64,000 nt of DNA from Polyangiaceae bacterium (GTDB lineage: Bacteria; Myxococcota_A; Polyangia; Polyangiales; Polyangiaceae), in assembly GCA_050287085.1 (NCBI GenBank), contig JBNKBE010000021.1, forward strand, positions 1,124 through 65,123, given 5' to 3'. The notes beneath the pieces are model-generated. The model was not told where the DNA came from. It saw nothing but the letters and a program-made list of their open reading frames with translations, and searched no databases. The translations under genes were made by a program, and so were the position numbers. Below, piece after piece: positions 61,959 to 64,000 of the stretch (positions within the stretch are counted from its first letter, which is position 1; every line of letters starts with the position of its first letter).

Positions 61959-62849
61959 ATGGCAAAGTATCAAGAGTCTCAGATCCGCAAGCTCGACCTG
62001 ACCGGTCCGGAGCGCCGCCTCGGCAGTGCCGTACGCGCCCTCGGTCGAATCTCGGAGAGTTTTGCCAAAGCCGCGAAACGGTCGCTACCTTTCCTGGGGC
62101 GTCAAAAGCGACGATTGCTTGCTGGGGATGTTACCCTGGGAGCGGCGCTCCGCCGGGAAGACGATTCGCCAGGGCCGACTTTCCGTGTCCTGCTCGAGTC
62201 GCAGGAAGCAAACTCCTGGGCGATGGTGCGTCTAGACACCGGCGCGCTTGCGGTGGTGTTGGACGGTGCACTCGGCTCCACTCAGCTCGAAGCAGCGCTT
62301 CCGCTTGAAGAACTGTTCGGCAAGGAGCTTTCGTCCGCGCAGCGCGCGTTGATTGGTCGGGTGGCACAGTCCGTAGCCGAGGACTTTGCGGCGGCCGTCA
62401 AGCATGCGTGCGCCATGTCCTTGACGGTATCGAGCGCTGAGGCGCTGCGAGCGGGCGAGGTGCTAGACCTGCCCAAGGATGCGATCTGCGCAAGCTGTAC
62501 GTTTGAAGGCGGAACCATCCCGGCCCACGTGGAGCTCTACATCGGAGCTGAAGCCCTCGAAGCGGCTGTTCACGACAACGAAACCGTGGAGCTCAGCGCT
62601 GGCGATCCGCGCATGGCCCTGGCGATCCGCGGGGTGACGGTGCCCGTTGTAGCGGAACTTGGGCGCTTGGATCTGTCCCTTGCACGCGTGTTGTCGCTCA
62701 ACGTTGGAGAAACCCTTAGGTTGGAGTCAGCCGTCGATGAGCCAGTTACGCTGCGGGTTTCCGGAGTTGCCAAGTTTGATGTCGTACCCGTCGTTTCGCG
62801 GGGCCAGTTGGCGGTGCAGATAAAGGATCGGCTGAGAGGTGACCCATGA
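61959..62849 (+). CDS. fliM: Switch protein FliM (N-terminally short)
   Basis: IRKLDLTGPERRLGSAVRALGRISESFAKA aligns with the FliM IRPYD...L..I.E.FAR region. The C-terminal SpoA-like part reads LRLESAVDEPVTLRVSGVAKF. An in-frame stop at 61911 excludes a longer N-terminus. Confidence 0.85.
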   Translation: MAKYQESQIRKLDLTGPERRLGSAVRALGRISESFAKAAKRSLPFLGRQKRRLLAGDVTLGAALRREDDSPGPTFRVLLESQEANSWAMVRLDTGALAVVLDGALGSTQLEAALPLEELFGKELSSAQRALIGRVAQSVAEDFAAAVKHACAMSLTVSSAEALRAGEVLDLPKDAICASCTFEGGTIPAHVELYIGAEALEAAVHDNETVELSAGDPRMALAIRGVTVPVVAELGRLDLSLARVLSLNVGETLRLESAVDEPVTLRVSGVAKFDVVPVVSRGQLAVQIKDRLRGDP

Positions 62850-63220
62850 GTGAGGAAGAGCAAGAAGCACAAGGGACTGAAACAAGAGGTTTGGACTCCG
62901 GCTTCGAGGCAGCTGAGCTCGCTCCTGCGCCCCTTGTGTTCAAGGAAGGCGATAGCCTCGGCTTTGTGATGGACGTTCCGGTGCGTCTCACGGTCGAGAT
63001 TGGCCGGAAGGCGATGCGCATTGGGGAGCTATTGAAGTTGGGCCCGGGGGCGATTCTTGAGCTCAACAAGGCCAATGGAGATCCCCTGGAGGTTTACGCC
63101 AATGACCGCTTGGTGGCACGCGGGGAGGCGGTTGTGGTGGGCGAACGATACGGGGTGCGGCTGACCGAGGTCTTGGTCAACGAAGAGGCTCAGCGAGACG
63201 AAATCGAGGAATTGATATGA
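62846..63220 (+). CDS. fliN: Switch protein FliN
   Basis: VMDVPVRLTVEIGRKAMRIGELLKLGPGAILELNKANGDPLEVYANDRLVARGEAVVV. Confidence 0.9.
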   Translation: MSEEEQEAQGTETRGLDSGFEAAELAPAPLVFKEGDSLGFVMDVPVRLTVEIGRKAMRIGELLKLGPGAILELNKANGDPLEVYANDRLVARGEAVVVGERYGVRLTEVLVNEEAQRDEIEELI

Positions 63221-63900
63221 AGGGGATGGCATCCTGGTGGATCGCTGTTGCACTGCTCGTTGTTGCGCCGGCTCGCGCGCAGCTACTCGAGGAACTGCCG
63301 GTAGAAGGTGAAGAGCCAACGCTGAAGTCAGAGGTGGCTCAGCCGAGCGCGCCTCCAGCGGCCAAGCGAGATTGGCTTCGCGCTGACCGTCCCGAAGCTG
63401 CGGCGGCGCCGGAGAGCGAAGCCGGGGCATTGGGCTGGGCGCCCGCAGTGGCGTTTGTGTTGCTTTCCGCGCTAGCGGGGGGGGCGGCTTTCCTACGTTT
63501 TGGGCGCCGCGAGCGGGTTGGCAGCGAGCGTCCAACGGCGCTCTCGGTCACAGCGCAGACCCGCGTTGGCCCCAAGGCGTCGGTGGCTCTACTCCGGGTT
63601 GGGGGGCGCACGCTATTGCTTGGCGTGACCGAGCACGCTGTCTCAGCGCTTGGGTGGATGGACTCTGCGCCAGCTCAGAGCGCTGCAGCGGACACGAACG
63701 CTGACGACGAAGAGGCGATGCTTGCGCCGGGTGACGGTCGTTTCACGCACCTGCTCAGTTCCGCGCTACGCAGGAATCCGGCTGAGGCGGCTGATCCGGC
63801 GACGCTGCTCGCCAGTCGTACGGAGGACATCGTAGGAGCGCGTGGGGCTACCCCTCGCGTCGAGGCGCAGGTCGCTGGACTGACGCGCAGGAGGCGCTAG
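63217..63900 (+). CDS. fliO: FliO/FliZ-like export-gate assembly protein
   Basis: Position between fliN and fliP. TM helix AVAFVLLSALAGGAAFL, followed by LSV.A...VGPKASVALLRVGGRTLLLGVTEH. Longer than usual (227 aa). Confidence 0.6.
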   Translation: MKGMASWWIAVALLVVAPARAQLLEELPVEGEEPTLKSEVAQPSAPPAAKRDWLRADRPEAAAAPESEAGALGWAPAVAFVLLSALAGGAAFLRFGRRERVGSERPTALSVTAQTRVGPKASVALLRVGGRTLLLGVTEHAVSALGWMDSAPAQSAAADTNADDEEAMLAPGDGRFTHLLSSALRRNPAEAADPATLLASRTEDIVGARGATPRVEAQVAGLTRRRR

Positions 63901-63903
63901 CTC

Positions 63904-64000
63904 GTGCTCGAGACGACAACGCAGCTGCTGGAAGGGCAGAGTCTTGCCAATTCGCTCAAGATTCTACTCGTTCTCACGCTGTTGTCGCTGCTTCCGGCGA
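63904..64000 (+). CDS. fliP: Export-gate protein FliP (5' partial, runs off the window)
   Basis: GTG start, then ...SLKILLVLTLLSLLPA, which is typical of the FliP N-terminal region. It follows fliO. Confidence 0.7.
   Translation, partial: MLETTTQLLEGQSLANSLKILLVLTLLSLLPA

Overview
High-GC (mid-60s % by eye) chromosomal segment from a diderm bacterium, since L- and P-ring genes are present. The protein style looks delta-proteobacterial or Myxococcota-like, but the taxon cannot be fixed from the sequence alone. Layout: (1) 1-6.1 kb looks accessory. It holds two diverged ParE-type toxin/antitoxin cassettes, each bracketed by a well-conserved foldable non-coding repeat, then an SGNH hydrolase, a DUF559 endonuclease-like gene and ComM/YifB. 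(2) 6-19 kb is miscellaneous: a GT-C-like membrane protein, a RumA/TrmA-type RNA methyltransferase, a membrane protein, a HAD hydrolase, an AI-2E transporter, two SAM methyltransferases, GluQ-RS, a SET-domain protein, a degenerate-GGDEF protein and a pseudo-receiver/HDOD protein. (3) 19.6-23.4 kb carries a stand-alone FlgJ-type glucosaminidase, a NeuB-family synthase and motAB. (4) 23.4-30.1 kb is an orphan three-gene operon of large unrecognisable envelope proteins. (5) 30.2-33.9 kb carries a HAD-IIA hydrolase, glnA and a double-HTH XRE regulator. (6) 33.9-64 kb is a flagellar supercluster. On the minus strand: MTase-TPR, fliS, fliD, three tandem short flagellins, a Maf-like DUF115 gene, csrA, flgL, flgK, flgN, flgM, a rod-binding gene, flgI, flgH, flgA, flgG, a small lipoprotein, an OM barrel-like gene and a sigma54 activator. 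On the plus strand: flgB, flgC, fliE, fliF, fliG, fliH, fliI, fliJ, fliK, flgD, flgE, fliL, fliM, fliN, fliO and the start of fliP. Reading the intergenic DNA gives eight well-spaced sigma54 (-24/-12) promoter candidates, all correctly oriented in front of flagellar units. It also gives one good sigma28 promoter (flgM) and a duplicated CsrA-type GGA site in one flagellin leader. Main oddities: three sigma54 candidates share an identical 13-nt gap between the -12 GC and the start codon, which implies near-leaderless mRNAs. CsrA has a long tail and no fliW is present. FliM lacks the CheY-binding N-terminus. The sigma54 activator has no receiver domain. flgJ is split. No rRNA, tRNA, CRISPR array, IS element or prophage was recognised. 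flhA, flhB, fliQ, fliR, fliA, flgF and che genes are not in the window.
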